Assembly: GCA_000165425.1 (NCBI GenBank)
Contig: CT868485.1
Coordinates: 124,001 to 188,000 of the forward strand
Source of the DNA: Paramecium tetraurelia
Lineage: Eukaryota
Length of the DNA: 64,000 bases
Direction: 5' to 3'
The notes beneath the pieces are model-generated. The model worked only from the letters and a program-made list of their open reading frames with translations. It searched no databases and was not told the origin of the DNA. This document shows positions 30,501 through 44,905 of the stretch, piece by piece. Numbering within the stretch: position 1 is the stretch's first letter; every line of letters starts with the position of its first letter. Position numbers and translations under genes: made by a program.

Positions 30501-33500
30501 TTTTGAAGATAATTGTAATAGTCAACTTTCTATTCAGATTGAGAAATTTTTTTGTTAAGAATGCTCTTGGGAATTTTATGAGAATTAGATCATTAATAAT
30601 GAGTACTGTAATGAAATGGGAGTCACAACTATTAATATGAAAAAATAATACGAGATGTTTGAAGAGGGGATTTCTCCTCAAAATCATTTTGTTGAATTCA
30701 AATCTCTTTTAAAGGAAAAAATATTTTCATTGTAATTTCTTACTCTGTAATTTATTGGTTCTGATAATTAAAAAATGATTATTAGTTAAGATAGTCGACC
30801 CTTTATACATAATTTTGATACAATTGAATTTCATAAATTCGTATTTTCCCTAAGTAATTCAGATATTTTAAGTATTTACAATAATAACTAAAAGGTTAAT
30901 TTATTATTCAAAGATTGTATAATTAATTCAAGTTAAATCATAAATACAGCTTAGATTTTTTTAACTAGCAAATATGGACATTTAAATTTTTTAAATGTTT
31001 CTTTCACCAATTTAACTCTTAGAAATTCTTCTTCTTTAGCGACTTTATCATAAAGTGAAATCTAAACAATAACAATCAAAACTCTTTCTTTGAAAAATTG
31101 CTCATTTATTAACTCAAATTTATTTAAATTTGAACTTAGTAAATTTAAGATATTAATCGAAGATATTAAAATAGATCAATGTCAATTTAAAAACTCATCT
31201 ATATTTATATTTACTTCTAATACTATTATCGATAAAATCATAATATTTAATTAGATTACAGTAAAGAACACTGTATTTTATTTGTCATCAATAATAAATA
31301 GCACTGATACGTATTCACTAAGAATATCGAATTTGAAGATTGAATCAAATATTTTTTAGGAATCTAAAGCAATTATACATCTGAATAATTTTTCTACTGT
31401 TTATGTTGAAGCCATATCAAACAAACTTATTGAATCTGCTTTAATTGTAGTTGAAGTTGTTCCTTCCTCATTAGTATTATGCGAAGTTAATTAAATTTCG
31501 GTAGAGAAAAATCTTATGTAACAATCAAACATATTGAAGATAACTACAATTTCTCAGCTTAACAGTTTTATTGTGTAATTAAATAACATTCTTTTTAAAG
31601 AAGATTCTGAGGTAAGTACTTCCTCTGGTTAGAGTTTATTAGTAACAGTTTCTTGTTATAAATTACTGGTTTCAAACATTAAAATAATTAACTCAAATAA
31701 TTTATAAGTGTTATAATTTACCAATGTTTAAGAGATCTTAATTGCGAATATAATTTATGAAAATGATTATATATTAAACAAGATTCCATTATCTTTGGAT
31801 TGTGTTAATTCTTTTGATTTTAAAAATCAATTATTAGAAACAATTGATTGCAAGCACATTAAGATTGCAAATGTAAGAGTCACTAATTTCTAAAGCTCAG
31901 ATTTGGCGCTGCTTTCCTTTATGTCTAATAAATAAGATTTAAATATCAAAAAAGAGCGAATAGATTTAGAAAATTTTCATTTCAGTGGAAATTTGCTATC
32001 AAAGCAATCTTTGACTAACTTTATTTCCATAATGTCTATTTATTCAGAAAACCAACAGTTAATTACAATTAAAGATTTCTATTTTGAATCAAATATTTTT
32101 CATTAACATATTGATGATCCATCTGAAACGTTTGCTAGTTTAATTTACATTTATTCACCAAAAAGTGATATAGACATAATAAATTTATCATCATCAAACA
32201 ATGTTCTAACTAATTCTTCTTCCTCATTTATATCAATTACATCAAACATTGTGAAATTAGTTAATTACACAGCTGCTAATCACAATATAGTTAATTAGAC
32301 TTTCTGGAGTAAATACTACTAAATCAAATTTGAGTAGAATGAAGAATAGAGCAAAATTAATTCAATAATTTCTTAGACATTTAAATTTAATAACAAAGGA
32401 GGAGCATGTTTAATAACAGCATCTTCATTTAGTTGTCTGAATAGTAGTTTCACTAATATTCTCTCTTAAAGAAGTTCTTTATTTGAACTTAAAACTCAAG
32501 GACAAGGAAGTATCATCTTATCTAATATTAACATATATTCGCTTAACAATGATTTGTCATCCATGATTGATTATCCGGGATCCATTTACATATATTCAGT
32601 AAATAGTCTTTTAGATCTGCGCATCAATAAGATTAATTTCTAAAATGTATTTAATAGAAAGAGCTCCTCCATATTTACAATATATCCTTCTCAAAAATAA
32701 AATTATATAAGCATATCTAACGTCTAAATAACAAATTGTATTTCCTTGATAAACCCCTTTGCAAAAATTGAGTTTACGTTAGACAACAAAAATTCAAATA
32801 GGCTAATCATTGAAAATGTAACTATTTTATAGAATGAGGAGATGTGGATTAATTATATTGAAAAAATAGGATAATTAAGTTCTTTAGAGATATCTGAAAT
32901 TATTACTGAAAACTCTCTAATCTATATTAAAGGTGGAGATATATCAATTAAAAATTATTAAGTTCAAGGCATATTTATCACCTAATTATTATACATCCAT
33001 AGCCCTAATAAATTATTAATTTAAAATATCTAGATAAGTAAAATTCAAACCTTTTATCCTTTAAATTTAATAGAGATAAATTTATCTCAAGATATACAAT
33101 CATAAGTATATTTTCATTCTATAAATGTTGAAAAATTTTCAATTTATTAAGTTACTAATTAAAATACTTCGCATAAAGTAAATAATGTAATTAATTCTAT
33201 AATTGGATGTTTTATTCTTAAACAAAATTTACTTGATGAAGATTCCTTTAAGTAAGATTCATTGTTTGATAGTTCAATACATAAATGATAGCTTAAAACA
33301 TAATAATCTGGCTCCATAGTTTACTTGAGTAGTGCTTCTAGTAAGGCTTTAAAATATCCCCCCTTTATCAATCTATTGAATAACAGCTGCCATAAGTGCT
33401 TANNNNNNNNNNNNNNNNNNNNNNNNNNNNNNNNNNNNNNNNNNNNNNNNNNNNNNNNNNNNNNNNNNNNNNNNNNNNNNNNNNNNNNNNNNNNNNNNNN

Positions 33501-36356
33501 NNNNNNNNNNNNNNNNNNNNNNNNNNNNNNNNNNNNNNNNNNNNNNNNNNNNTTAATAATTATAAAGTTTTTGGTTTCAGAAATTACATTGTATTGGTAA
33601 TTACATTGAACAATTTGGTTGTTTAATATAGAATCAAAAGATTCTTCATCTTCAAATATCATTTAAATTACTTAATCAATCTTTCTTAATAATAATGGCA
33701 CTTAAGGAGTTGCCATTAGATCTTCAAAGGTCAAATTGCACTTATAAAAATGCTTAATCATGTACAACAATGCAAATTAGGCTGGAGGTGGATTGCTATT
33801 GGAAATAAGCACCGAAAATTTTAAATTGAAATCTGTTTCAATTCAACATAACATAGCTAAGGAGGGAGGGGGAATATATTTTATTGGAAATTCTAATTTG
33901 AATTCATAAAATTTTGTTTAATCATCAGTAAATTTCAACAAGGCGATATAATAAGCAAATAATCTTGTTGAATCTCCAACCCACTTAGAATTATCAATTA
34001 ATTCAATTGAATTGAATTCTAGTTCACTCCAAATTAATGGCACTTAAACAAATATGTTATTACTCCAACCTTATAAAATTCTTGAGCAAGGAAAACTAAT
34101 TTTAACAAAGTACTTAATGATGCCCAGTAATCAATAAATCACAAAATTTTCAATTTTTAATCCATAAACTCAAATTTATTAATCATATATTGAGAACATA
34201 TAAGTTTTATTCAAAAATAGTCAAAATGAAATTCTACCATTTATTTCAGATTGTTCTTGTGAAATAGAAGAAAATATTATTTTTACCAATTAAACTGTTG
34301 TTTAAGGACCATAGATATCAAAAAATTAAAAATTAAACCAAGAAACAAATTCTTTGGATCTTGGTTCTTTAGAATTTTAATTTAATCCATATAATGAAGA
34401 ATATTCTCATTACTAGATAAATATTAAATGTTTTTTAGAACAGTCATCTAAAAAGCTCCAATATTTTTTCAAAGCAAAATCTTTTCTGTGTCAATTAGGA
34501 GAATTTAAGGTAGAAAGTGGCTGTTAAAAATGTTAACCAAGTTAAGGGTATTATTCTGTTACATATAATGCAACAAAATGCTCAATTTTCGACCAAGCAA
34601 AATTGTAGAATATAACTTAGAATAATTTACAATTACAAGAAGGATATTGGAGACCTAATTATTTATCTGACTAAACAGAATATTGCTTTAAGAATCCAAA
34701 ATAATGTCAGGGAGGGTGGGAAGTTGGAGATTATCTTTGTAGCTTGGGAAATATTGGAGGATTGTGTGAGGAATGTGATAAATACAATATTCAAGGATAA
34801 GGATATTTCTTTAAAGATTAATAAAGTTCGACATGTTTGAATTGTTTTTAATTTTAAGATAGCATTTTGCCATTTATTCTAACTTCTTTTTGGTATTTAA
34901 GGTTTTTATCTTAGGGCTTTGTTATCCATACTCATGACATTAAAAAGTATTGATAAAACTAATAAACTATTTACCTAACTTAAAATTAGGTAGAAATTTA
35001 ATTACATTATTTTCAAGCTTGATTAAGGTAATAATCCATAATATTATAGATCACGAAAGTATTTTATTAAAAATGTTATTGAATTATTTTTGGATTTTTT
35101 CAGTAATTTTCTCTTTTAATATCAAATTTACTTTTGCTCTTAGTTTTATAAATCAGGCAGGCAATCCATCATTTTTTATGGCTAATAATTTAGATTGCTA
35201 CTTGTAAGAAATGTCAGAGACAGAATTGATATATTCTAGAATTATAGCAATGATAACACTAATATTCTTATAATTATTGATCATATGCATTGGATTTACA
35301 ATATATTCTTTAGCTTTCAAGAAAAAATTTAATAGGAGCGTAATATCAGCCACTTGTTTATATTTGTATGTTTCAAATTATGCTGCAATTATTAAACAGT
35401 ATAGAAATAATATTTTATTAGATTTTCCTCAATTTTATCAAGTAGAAGAATTTCAGACATTAATTATATTCAAGGGGACGTATCCTTGGTCTTTGGTTAT
35501 GAGAATCATTACACATGGATCTATACTTTTGTAATTCCAGGATTAGGCTTTTTTGGATGTTGTATACCTTTTTCGCTTTTCTTTTTTAATGTTTATCAAG
35601 AAGGATTAATTAGATGATGTTAAACTTAGAAGACATATTTGTTATTTGTTCAATGAATATAATTCAGATAAATACTTTTGGGAATAGATTAAATTGGCTA
35701 AGAAAACTATTATAATCATAATTATGACCTACTTTGAAATCAATATCCTCTTAAAGGCATCACTTTTTGGGATTGTGCTTATTATTTTATTAATTATTGG
35801 CAGTTCAAAACAAACCATACATTATTTCTAGCTTAAATAATTTGGATTTGTAGACGGGACAAATTTGTTCCATAGTTATTTTTCTAGCCTCTGCTCTTTA
35901 TGTATGTGATCAATAAGATCAGGTGTTTTTTTCTGTTATACTTCAGGTTTTAATTATACTATTATGCTTAAAACTATGCTTTCCCTTTGTTTTTGATATT
36001 TCTAGAGTGTACATAAGGAAGTATAGAATTTAAGGTGTATCATTGCTATTGAGGTTATTTTAATGCATTAATGGAAATTTTTGTTTGACTATTTATTTAA
36101 GTTAATACAAAAAAGAATTGATCGAAAAGGAAAAAAGGTTAAAGCTACGCTTTTTAAAAATGAAGCAATTTCTACTTTCAATTTCAAAAGCATAAATAAA
36201 ATAACAAAGGTTAATGTTTTATTATATAATTTTAGACACATGACTATTTTGATGGGTTCTCAATCTTCTGCTAGAGTTAAATTGAATAACTCTGAATTGG
36301 ATTAAAGAAAACTTGTAAAAATTGAATTAGAGAGATTATTTGAAACAAATAATTGA
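27518..36356 (+). CDS. Giant membrane protein: Cys-rich/furin-like region, beta-helix-like (GGA/GGG..N) repeats, C-terminal multi-TM domain. Spans the N gap and has two apparent frameshifts
   Basis: FSKYNPLG, CHFSCETCDGPTSTDCLTC, NNANQAGGGL, NIAKEGGGIYF, GYWRPN, GGLCEECD and YLFNEY...YFWEQIK. Several 21-25 nt introns. Extra T at about 35582 and 35764. Confidence 0.8.
33403..33552. other. Assembly gap (150 N)
   Basis: Run of n characters. Confidence 1.
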
Positions 36357-36443
36357 AATTGTATATTAATGATTTTAATTACTATTTTAAATATTTTGAG
36401 TAATTAAATTTCCAAATATTTCTGGATTAAACTCAATACAATT

Positions 36444-37448
36444 TCATTTCTCTTTGTTTTTCATTAATTTATATAACAGTATTTCATTTTTACCTTGGGT
36501 CAATAATGCAAAATAGGCACCATCTTAGCTAAAATCTCCTCTGATTATTTCATATTTGGTAGTTAATATTTATTAAGGTTCAAAATTATCACTATTTATT
36601 ATTTTTATAAAATTAATATTTTTCTTATTAGTAATAGCAACTATTTTCTATTAATAATTAAATTTTAATTGTTCAACCTAAAATTTATGAGATTTTCCTG
36701 TTAAATTTATTTCTTTCTCTAATTTAAATAGCTATTTTTAAATATCATATCCGTATATATAGAGTAATTCTTTATCTATGAGTTTATTAATTAATATATT
36801 GTTATTAATAAATATGGATTTACTATTCTGACTTGATATCTCAATTAATCATTTCTATATCCATATTTTTTAAGTATCTTTTACACACTATTCCATTATC
36901 AAAATGCAATTCTCATCTAAATCAATTGCCAAATAGGTATCAAATTCACTAATACTTAAATTTGTAATCCAATTATCATGAATCTAAAATTCTTAATGAA
37001 CACTCAATCCATTCTGAATATTTAAAATCACTATTTTCTAATATCCTCCTGCTATTATTTAATTTTCAGCATTATTTAATATTAAACAATTTACCTGTAT
37101 AGGAATAATACTTTTAGAAATGATTTTGTTATTATTTATGGCAATTAGAGATTAGGTTATTATTTGTTTCATAAAGTTTCCTGTCACAAAATTATTCGAT
37201 TTCTTGAAGCACTAAATGGTTGAATTGTAGTTTGGATTTTTGATTTAAACTAACTACTTTAAATTTTATGATTTAATCGAGAAAATTCGAAATCCTAACA
37301 CTTAATTTACTAATAGGATTGAAGAATTGTAATTAAATGATACAGCTACATTTTGATGTTTTTATTTCTTTTCCTTTATCGAATGAACAAATTGATAAGA
37401 ATCAGAATTAATATTTGTTTTTGAGAGATCGCCTGAATTTGCTCCCAT
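36444..37448 (-). CDS. Divergent WD40/beta-propeller protein, 334 aa, possible N-myristoylation (MGANS)
   Basis: The same frame holds at both ends. AVSFNYNSSILLV, HDNWITNLSIS and GDFSQDGAYFA resemble propeller blades. Confidence 0.6.
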
Positions 37449-38293
37449 TATTTTATAAAATATTTATATTTCTTATTAGATTATTTTTTAGTTTAAATAA
37501 AATAAGAAAATTTATTTAATTCTAAGAGAATTATTGATTGATCACAATATTAGTTGCAAAGGGTTTTACACATTCAACTCTTTTTATAATTTTTGTGCTA
37601 GTATATATTCAAAAAATTCTGAATCTAAAAGAACAAAATTACAACAAACTAGTTATAAATATTATCGTATTTTTGTAGTAAATGTTTTAGTATAACTCAG
37701 TACTCAATTTCATTTGCGTTTTAAAGTTCTTTTATATGAATTTCAATAGACTTTAACGAGTAATCGATCATGTTTGTATCTAATTAATTTTCTTTTTAAA
37801 TCGCCTATAACTTTATAGCTAATAAAAATAACTCTATATTAATAAGAAATATTAAAAATAAGTATTAAGGAATTTTAAATGATATTGTGAATAAAAACCT
37901 TTCAACATTATTTTTTTTATAGACAATTTTCCTTATCACTAAGAAAGCGATCAATAAATATTCTTTTAGTAATTTAGATTATTTGAAAAATTTAATGATT
38001 TCTACAATTTCTGCATTATCATTATTATAATTCAAATATCTAAATTTACTAAATATAAGCTAAAAGAATTTTGAAGAAATGTAATGATAATAAATATTCT
38101 ATATATTAAGATTTGTAATAAATTGAAAAGATTAAAATTGAATCAATAGAACTTTAAAATTAGACATTCTTTTTAAATACCAAATATATAATAAGATACT
38201 TTTATTAAGATTTAAGTTCGAATAGAAAAAATGAACCACAGTAGGTTTGAAAACGGAAATTGATACTAATAAATGTTACTTATTTAACATATT

Positions 38294-39012
38294 TCAAATT
38301 TATATGTTACTGAATTATTTTTCTAATTCAGTTTGTCTTATACGAGCAAGAATTGCTTAAACCTTTATTTACTTTTCAATCTCTTTATCAGAATCAATAT
38401 CAATCTTATATTATTTATGCCATTCTAAGAATAATAGCAATTTTTACAATTCATAAATCTCATTTTCCTAAGTTCAATAATATCTTTGAAAACTGAGAAC
38501 ATTTCCTTACAAAGAGGAGGAGCTGTGTTAATTTGATATTCCAATTCCTAGATTTTGAGTAAATCTACAAATTGTTCTTCTGAGATTGACTAAACTTATA
38601 ATTTCCATAATGTTTCATAATTATCATTGAATAATAATTTCAGATATTTTGTCATTTCAATTCCAACAGGATCCTTTTCAAACGCATCCTTAAATTATTA
38701 TGATTTAAAATCCATCTTATTCACAATATTAATAATATTCATTCTTCTAGTCATGAATTCATTATTTAATTCTCCATTCAATTCTTTATATACTTCGTCT
38801 TTAAGAGGTTGCATTAAATTTTCATACCTTTTAACTTCTTTTTCTATTTTTTCCAACCTATGTGTTAAAATTCCTTATGTTATTTAATCAGCCTTTTTGC
38901 TAACAGTTCTAAACTCAAGAAGTTATTTATATTCAAGGAAGTCAAAAACTTTTCCAAGTACTTCAGGTCTAAGTTTAAATAATCCTTTATTTTGAGCGAA
39001 TCCTTAGTCCAT
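38294..39012 (-). CDS. F-box protein
   Basis: N-terminal LFKLRPEVLGKVFDFLEYKQLLEFRTVSKK fits the F-box consensus. A 23-nt intron is inferred near 38425-38447. Confidence 0.65.
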
Positions 39013-39749
39013 TTATTGAAGAAATATTTTAATTAATACACAAAAATAAGATATTTGGGGTTTAATATAAAATAATTCAGAAATTTGGGTGATAATCTAA
39101 TAGCCTTATCTTGAAATACACTTATTAAGATAATAAATTATTGTCTATCATTGATTAATATCAAGTTTATTTTTTAAAAATTATCTATTTAATTCTACTC
39201 TTGTAATTAAAATGATAATTGCTTAGCATCTTTCTCATATCTCTAGAATAACTATCAATTATTCATTGCAAATAATGGATGAATTTCCTATTCGAGATCC
39301 CCTCCTATTTAAATTATCATACTCATTAATAAGAATTATGATTAATATAAATTTTGTTTGAATTCTATCACTTCATTTTATTATTGAACTCTTATTAATT
39401 CTGGCTATTAATGATAATAATATGAATTGTATTATCAGCATACCTAAATTTTAGTAGTTTAAATTAAATGATAATCTTATAGATTAAAAGTCACCTTGAT
39501 ATAAATACCTAGCCTAGTTGGTTTCTCTTAAGATCTACTCTCAATTCTAAGTGATAAATTTATGTAGTTTTACTAGATAGTTGTATTTCTTCTTAATTAA
39601 GGTAGTTATAAAAAAATTGATTAAATTAATGAAAATGCGAAGAATTATGATTCGTTATAAAGAGACGAAATTAATATTGATTAGAATATAGGATTTCTAA
39701 TTAGATAATTTATAATCTGAAAGAAGGATAATGATATATTAAATAATTA

Positions 39750-40647
39750 ATGATAATAAAACTAGTGTATAACAAAGAAATACATCTCTTCAAATTAGAG
39801 AATCCAGCGATTGTAGAAATCAAGAATCACATTCAAAAATTGCATCCTTAACTAAATTAGAACTATTCTTTATTTTATAAGGATGACGATGGAGATTTGA
39901 TCAGCATAAGTTCAGATGAGGATTTGAAGGTCTTAATGGAGAGTGTCAAGAACCAGACAGTGAAGATTACTATTTAGACATCAAATGCATGGACATGCAA
40001 GAATTGCACACTCCAAAATCAAGAGGGGATAGTATGTGAGGCTTGTTCTTCATATAAAGAGGGGGAACCTTAATAATATGGTTAATAGCATTAAGGATTT
40101 TAACCAGGATATTATCCACCCTAATGTTATCCTCATTAGTAATTTGGACCTCCATAATAATTTGGGCATCCTCCTTAACAACCCCCTCCTCAATTTCCCT
40201 TTATGCCTCCTTAGATGCCTCCAGGTCCACCTTTTGGACATTTTGGAATGCCAGGGTTTGGACATCCTCCTCATATGTTTGGCGGATTTCATCATTTTAA
40301 ACACCATGGCCATCATCATCGTTAAAAATGGCATAAGATTCGTTAGATAATGAAAGACCCTTAATTCAAATAACAAAGAGAGAAGCTATAACAGTTATTA
40401 AAGGAAGTTAGTTAGACATTACGAAACACTATGCAAAATTCATAGCAATAATAATTTTATTAGTATTTTGTTGATAATTATCTATAGATATTAATAGTAG
40501 ATGCATTGGAGTGAGGAGGATGAGAAGAGAGCGACTAGATTAGCTGAGGTGTTGCAATGCAATTAGGAATAGGCAAGGGAATACTTACAAATATTCAGAG
40601 ATTTGACTCTAGATGAGATTGTAATGATGGTTGAGAATGCAGAATGA
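39750..40647 (+). CDS. PB1 + NZF/RanBP2 zinc finger protein with Pro/His/Gln-rich linker and helical C-terminus
   Basis: MIIKLVY...YSLFYKDDDGDLISISSDEDL (PB1 OPCA motif) and AWTCKNCTLQNQEGIVCEAC (NZF). Confidence 0.8.
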
Positions 40648-40754
40648 TTAATGAAATATATTAGATATATGGAATTAAATATTAATTTCTATATTAATTA
40701 AAATTGATAAGTGTTGATATCAAATAACTAAGTTGGAATAATATAAATAGATTA

Positions 40755-41487
40755 ATGTAGGTGAATTACGAAGCATTGATTGATGGTATCAATATTTGAT
40801 CATCCTTAGAGACTAAAAACAAAATGTTGAAATGGCAAGAAATCAACGAACAGAACATGTGGGAATTGTACTCAAATAAAGATGGATATATTGTGTATAC
40901 CAAGAAGAATCCAGAAAACGGAATTGCAATGAATAGGACACAAACAGAAATAGCTAGAACACCTGATCAAATACTTGATTTGGTAGGAGATGTAAATAAA
41001 AGACCCTTGTATGATGAGAAGATTGAAACTGTACTAATCATAACCTGATCAACTAGGCACACGTTATAGAATAGATTGATGCAAATACTAGGATAGTGTA
41101 TGTGAGAATCAAACCACCCATTCCTTTTATGAGCAGCAGAGACTTAGTTATGGTTTAGAAAGTGTATAAATAAAATGATGGCATTATTATCGTTTGTTGT
41201 AAGACTATTATTGTTAATGCATTAATAGCTAAATCTATCATCCATTAGAAAACTCCCCCAATTAATAAGGTTGAGAGAGCAGAAATGCATTTGAGTGGTT
41301 GGATCATCATTCCTTAACCAAATTAAGTATCTATCTCCACAATATTTCTTAGATGACCAAAGTTATAGCTCTCCAATGTTTTGACCCAAGAGGAGATGTA
41401 CCTTAATCAGTTACTAACCAATATGCAAAGTTGTAATCAGATATGATGAAAGCAGCCGTAAAATACATTGCACTTAATTATAAATGA
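40755..41487 (+). CDS. START-domain lipid-transfer protein
   Basis: WELYSNKDGYIVY, KRPLYDEK, PFMSSRDLV, VERAEMHLSGWII and DPRGDVP. Four small introns. Confidence 0.85.
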
Positions 41488-41518
41488 GTATTTATTAACA
41501 CAAATTTAATATTGATAA

Positions 41519-43541
41519 TCATTTGTTAAACAATTGTTTCATCACTCTGTTTTCTATTCTTGTTAATGGCAATTCTATAAACAAACAAAACAATATTGAA
41601 CATATTATAGTTATAAACACATTCCCTATGTAAAGTGTGAATATTGTTTCGAATGAAAAGTTAGGTGTTTGATAAAATTGCCCCAGCACTCCAAAGATTA
41701 TTACTTAATGTAATAAGTAGCCAGAAAATGAAATCTTGTTGATAAATCTAAAGTAATTGTTCCTCATAAACGTCAGATTGAATCTACTATATATCTAATA
41801 ACAATTACAAATCCTGCATCCCAAATAAACAAGGCAAAGACAAGAAGCTCATTCCCAATGCTATTCCTAATCTGCAAAATGCAAACCAGAGACTCTATAT
41901 TGTTTTATTCCAATAATCCTAATGTTCATAATGCAATTGAGCTGGTCTCCACCCAAACCAAATGCCTCCAATTATTAAAAAACCTAATAAGTAACACAAT
42001 GATTTAAATTTCAATTATCTTTTTGAAGCATATCCCATTAATTTACTTAAGACATTCACATTATTTTCTTTCAATTCTCTGTACAAAACTCCCAATAGAA
42101 ATCCTAAATAGTATGGGGGACCTCTTGTAAATGGTTTAGTGTAGTAATTCTAATGCATCTTTGGTTAAGTCAAAGCAAAAGGAGGCAACAAATATTCATT
42201 TACAAAGGACATCACTGTGCCAATAGTTTGAGTTATAACTAACAATGATATGATCACTATCTTAGCTGCTCTTGAATTCAATTTGGCGTATAAGAACACT
42301 GGAATCAAACATGAGGTAAACAATTGCATATCAGTTGATAAATACCAACCCCATGGAAAACAATATTAAGTATCGTAGAATAGGTTATCTATAAATATTA
42401 GGTTTCTCCATCCTGTTGCACATTCAAAACGGTCCAACGCCATAAACCATCTTGGTCCATCTCCCATGTATGGAACTAACTAGGAACTAATCAAAATAGC
42501 TATTGCATAACATGGCCAGATTCTCAAAATTCTATGTAATAAAAATCCAAAGATTGATAATCCATTTTTCTTAACTAATTTCATTTTGTTTTTCTCAATT
42601 AACATAAATCCACTAAAAAAACCACCAAGCCAAAAGAACATATCTACACTATACAACATATTAACTAGGTTTAAACATAGCCATGACTTCAATTAAGCCA
42701 ACATTTCGTATTGAAATGATGATTTTGCTAAATCTAGGAATTGATGGCCAAAGATTACCATTAAAAATCCCAATGATCTAAATCCTTCCATTATACTTAA
42801 ATTTGTATCGTGTTCTTTAAATGAAAAGAGTGTATTATAACTTTCCTTAATAGAGTAATCTATGAAGAATGATTTCTTAGTTTCTTCTTACTTTATTGTT
42901 GTTATCTCATTATTTGTTAATCCCAAATTCTCATCATGTCTCTCGCGACTTTCAACATCACTTAGGTTTATTGAGACCTTGGCCTGTCTTTTAAATTTCA
43001 TCATTTAACAAAAAACTGGATTGAAACAACTAAGAATCAAAAACATTCCAATAAGAAAAAGCGTAAATGTAAACATAATCCCCTAATCCTTTCTGTAAGT
43101 TAGAGGGTCATAAAAAATGAAATCGGCATCATCTATTGATACCTTGAATAAGTAAATTAATACGTTATATTTGTCTAAGAACCCTGTTGAATTGATTAAT
43201 TCCTTAAAATCAGACTACAATTCTTCATCATTGAAATCATTCGTTGTGCATTCTATAGAATGACACAGTCCATAATAACTTGGAATAGGGTCCATCTCTA
43301 TTTTAAGACTTGAATAATAGTATCCATTTCTTAAACATGTTTCAAACATCCCAAATTGATTTAGACTATTCTATGATAACACATTGTACCTTGTTCCTGA
43401 TAAACTAGCATATGGCCAAATTGTTTCTAGAAGCTTCTTATATCCTTCTAATTCTACTTTCATTAAGAGAGACGTCATGTAATGTTAGCAGGACTCCTTG
43501 GATCCAATAACTAATGGTATAAGTATATAATATATCAACAT
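41519..43541 (-). CDS. NRF-6-like O-acyltransferase (NRF domain + acyltransferase-3 family)
   Basis: Signal peptide, NQFGMFETC, EGFRSLGFLMVIFGH, SVDMFFWLGGF, LHRILRIWPCY, PWGWYLSTDMQLF, YTKPFTRGPPYY, KISFSGYLLH and IELPL. Confidence 0.88.
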
Positions 43542-43642
43542 TAATTAATAATTGTATTTTAGTGAAACAAAATTAGAGTAAAAATATCACTTAATGCAAT
43601 TTAAAGATAACCAAATTGGAGTGAAACACTTTTAATTTATAA

Positions 43643-44838
43643 ATGAAATAAAACAAGAATTGGTCAAGATCCAGAAGAAGTTCATCCACTAAACCTAAAA
43701 ACAAAAAGACTCATTAAGGTAAAAAAAGGAAGAGCAGTGACTCAAATTATTCCTCATGTAATACCAGCTCAGAATCGCACGATTTAGATGGATGTCAACC
43801 TGTAGAAGGTAAACTTCTGAAGATCATCAGGGGATTGGAAGCTGAAGAGGAGTTTAAAGTTTTGAGTTTGAAATTGAACCCCCTTAGTCTTGGGAGTGTA
43901 GAATAGGAAAGTACTTGATATAACTCTATTTTAAGTGACTATTGACCAAAATCCAGATCACCCAGAATTTAGAAAATACTTTCAATACAATAAATATTAC
44001 CAATAAGAATTTCAATAATCATTGATGGATGAGAATGTCTTTCTTGGAAATAGTCTGTCACACTAAAATATATCTTACTATTAAAGAGCAAGAATGGTTG
44101 ATTGGATGATTTAAGTCTTTGGAAAATATAGTAGTACTACTTCAGATGCTACATTCTTCAGAGCTGTGTCAATCATGGATTTCTTCTTCCAAAAATCAAT
44201 CAAATAATATTCTCACAATGATCTTCATCTTATTGGAATTACCTCCATGTTTATAGCTACTAAACTTGAAGATATCCAATTTATCCCATTAAAGTAATTT
44301 GTCACAAAAATCAGTCGAAATAAATTCTCTACGTAATTTTTTAGTTTTATTTTAGATCTGATATCAAAGAGATGGAAAAATCAATCTTGGAAACCTTGAA
44401 TTTCAAGATCACATTTCCTACTTCACTTGATTATTTACAAAATATCTTTTACTAATGTTTTAATTTGAATGACAAGTAAGTATTATTTTATTACAAATTT
44501 AGTCCTATATTGTAAAATATCCTAAAAACCAGTATTTACATCTTAAAAATGTGTCTTCATGATTATTCAATGACATCCTTCAATTCCTATACTCTGGCAA
44601 GTTCAGCATTCCTCTATAGTATTAAAGATTATGTTTCCAAAATGAATTTGTTCAATACAGAATTCATCATCAACCAATTTGTAATTTATTTCAACTATAA
44701 ATACAGTTTAACAAAGTGATGGAAATCTCTTAAATAGATTAAACCCAGATTGATTTGTGTTTAAATAAGACATAAGATCTTATTCGTAGTTTTAAGATTA
44801 AATATCCTTAACTCTACAATTTATCAGAATTTTAATGA
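43643..44838 (+). CDS. Cyclin (A/B-like cyclin box)
   Basis: RARMVDWMIQV, TFFRAVSIMDFF, LHLIGITSMFIATKLEDI and MEKSILETLNFKITFPT. Several small introns. Confidence 0.88.
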
Positions 44839-44905
44839 TGTTTTAATGCAAACATTATTTTATTTATAAATTTAATTTATGTAATCAAATAAACCTGAAA
44901 TTCTG

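Noticed and set aside
33321..33662. ORFs containing X runs
   Set aside because: Artefacts of the N gap.
35577..35768. Programmed +1 ribosomal frameshifting
   Set aside because: The Euplotes-type AAA-TAR signal is absent and TAR is sense here. Homopolymer error is simpler.
39970..40376. Overlapping ORF-track calls on both strands
   Set aside because: These are shadows of the GC-richer Pro/His linker of the PB1-NZF gene.
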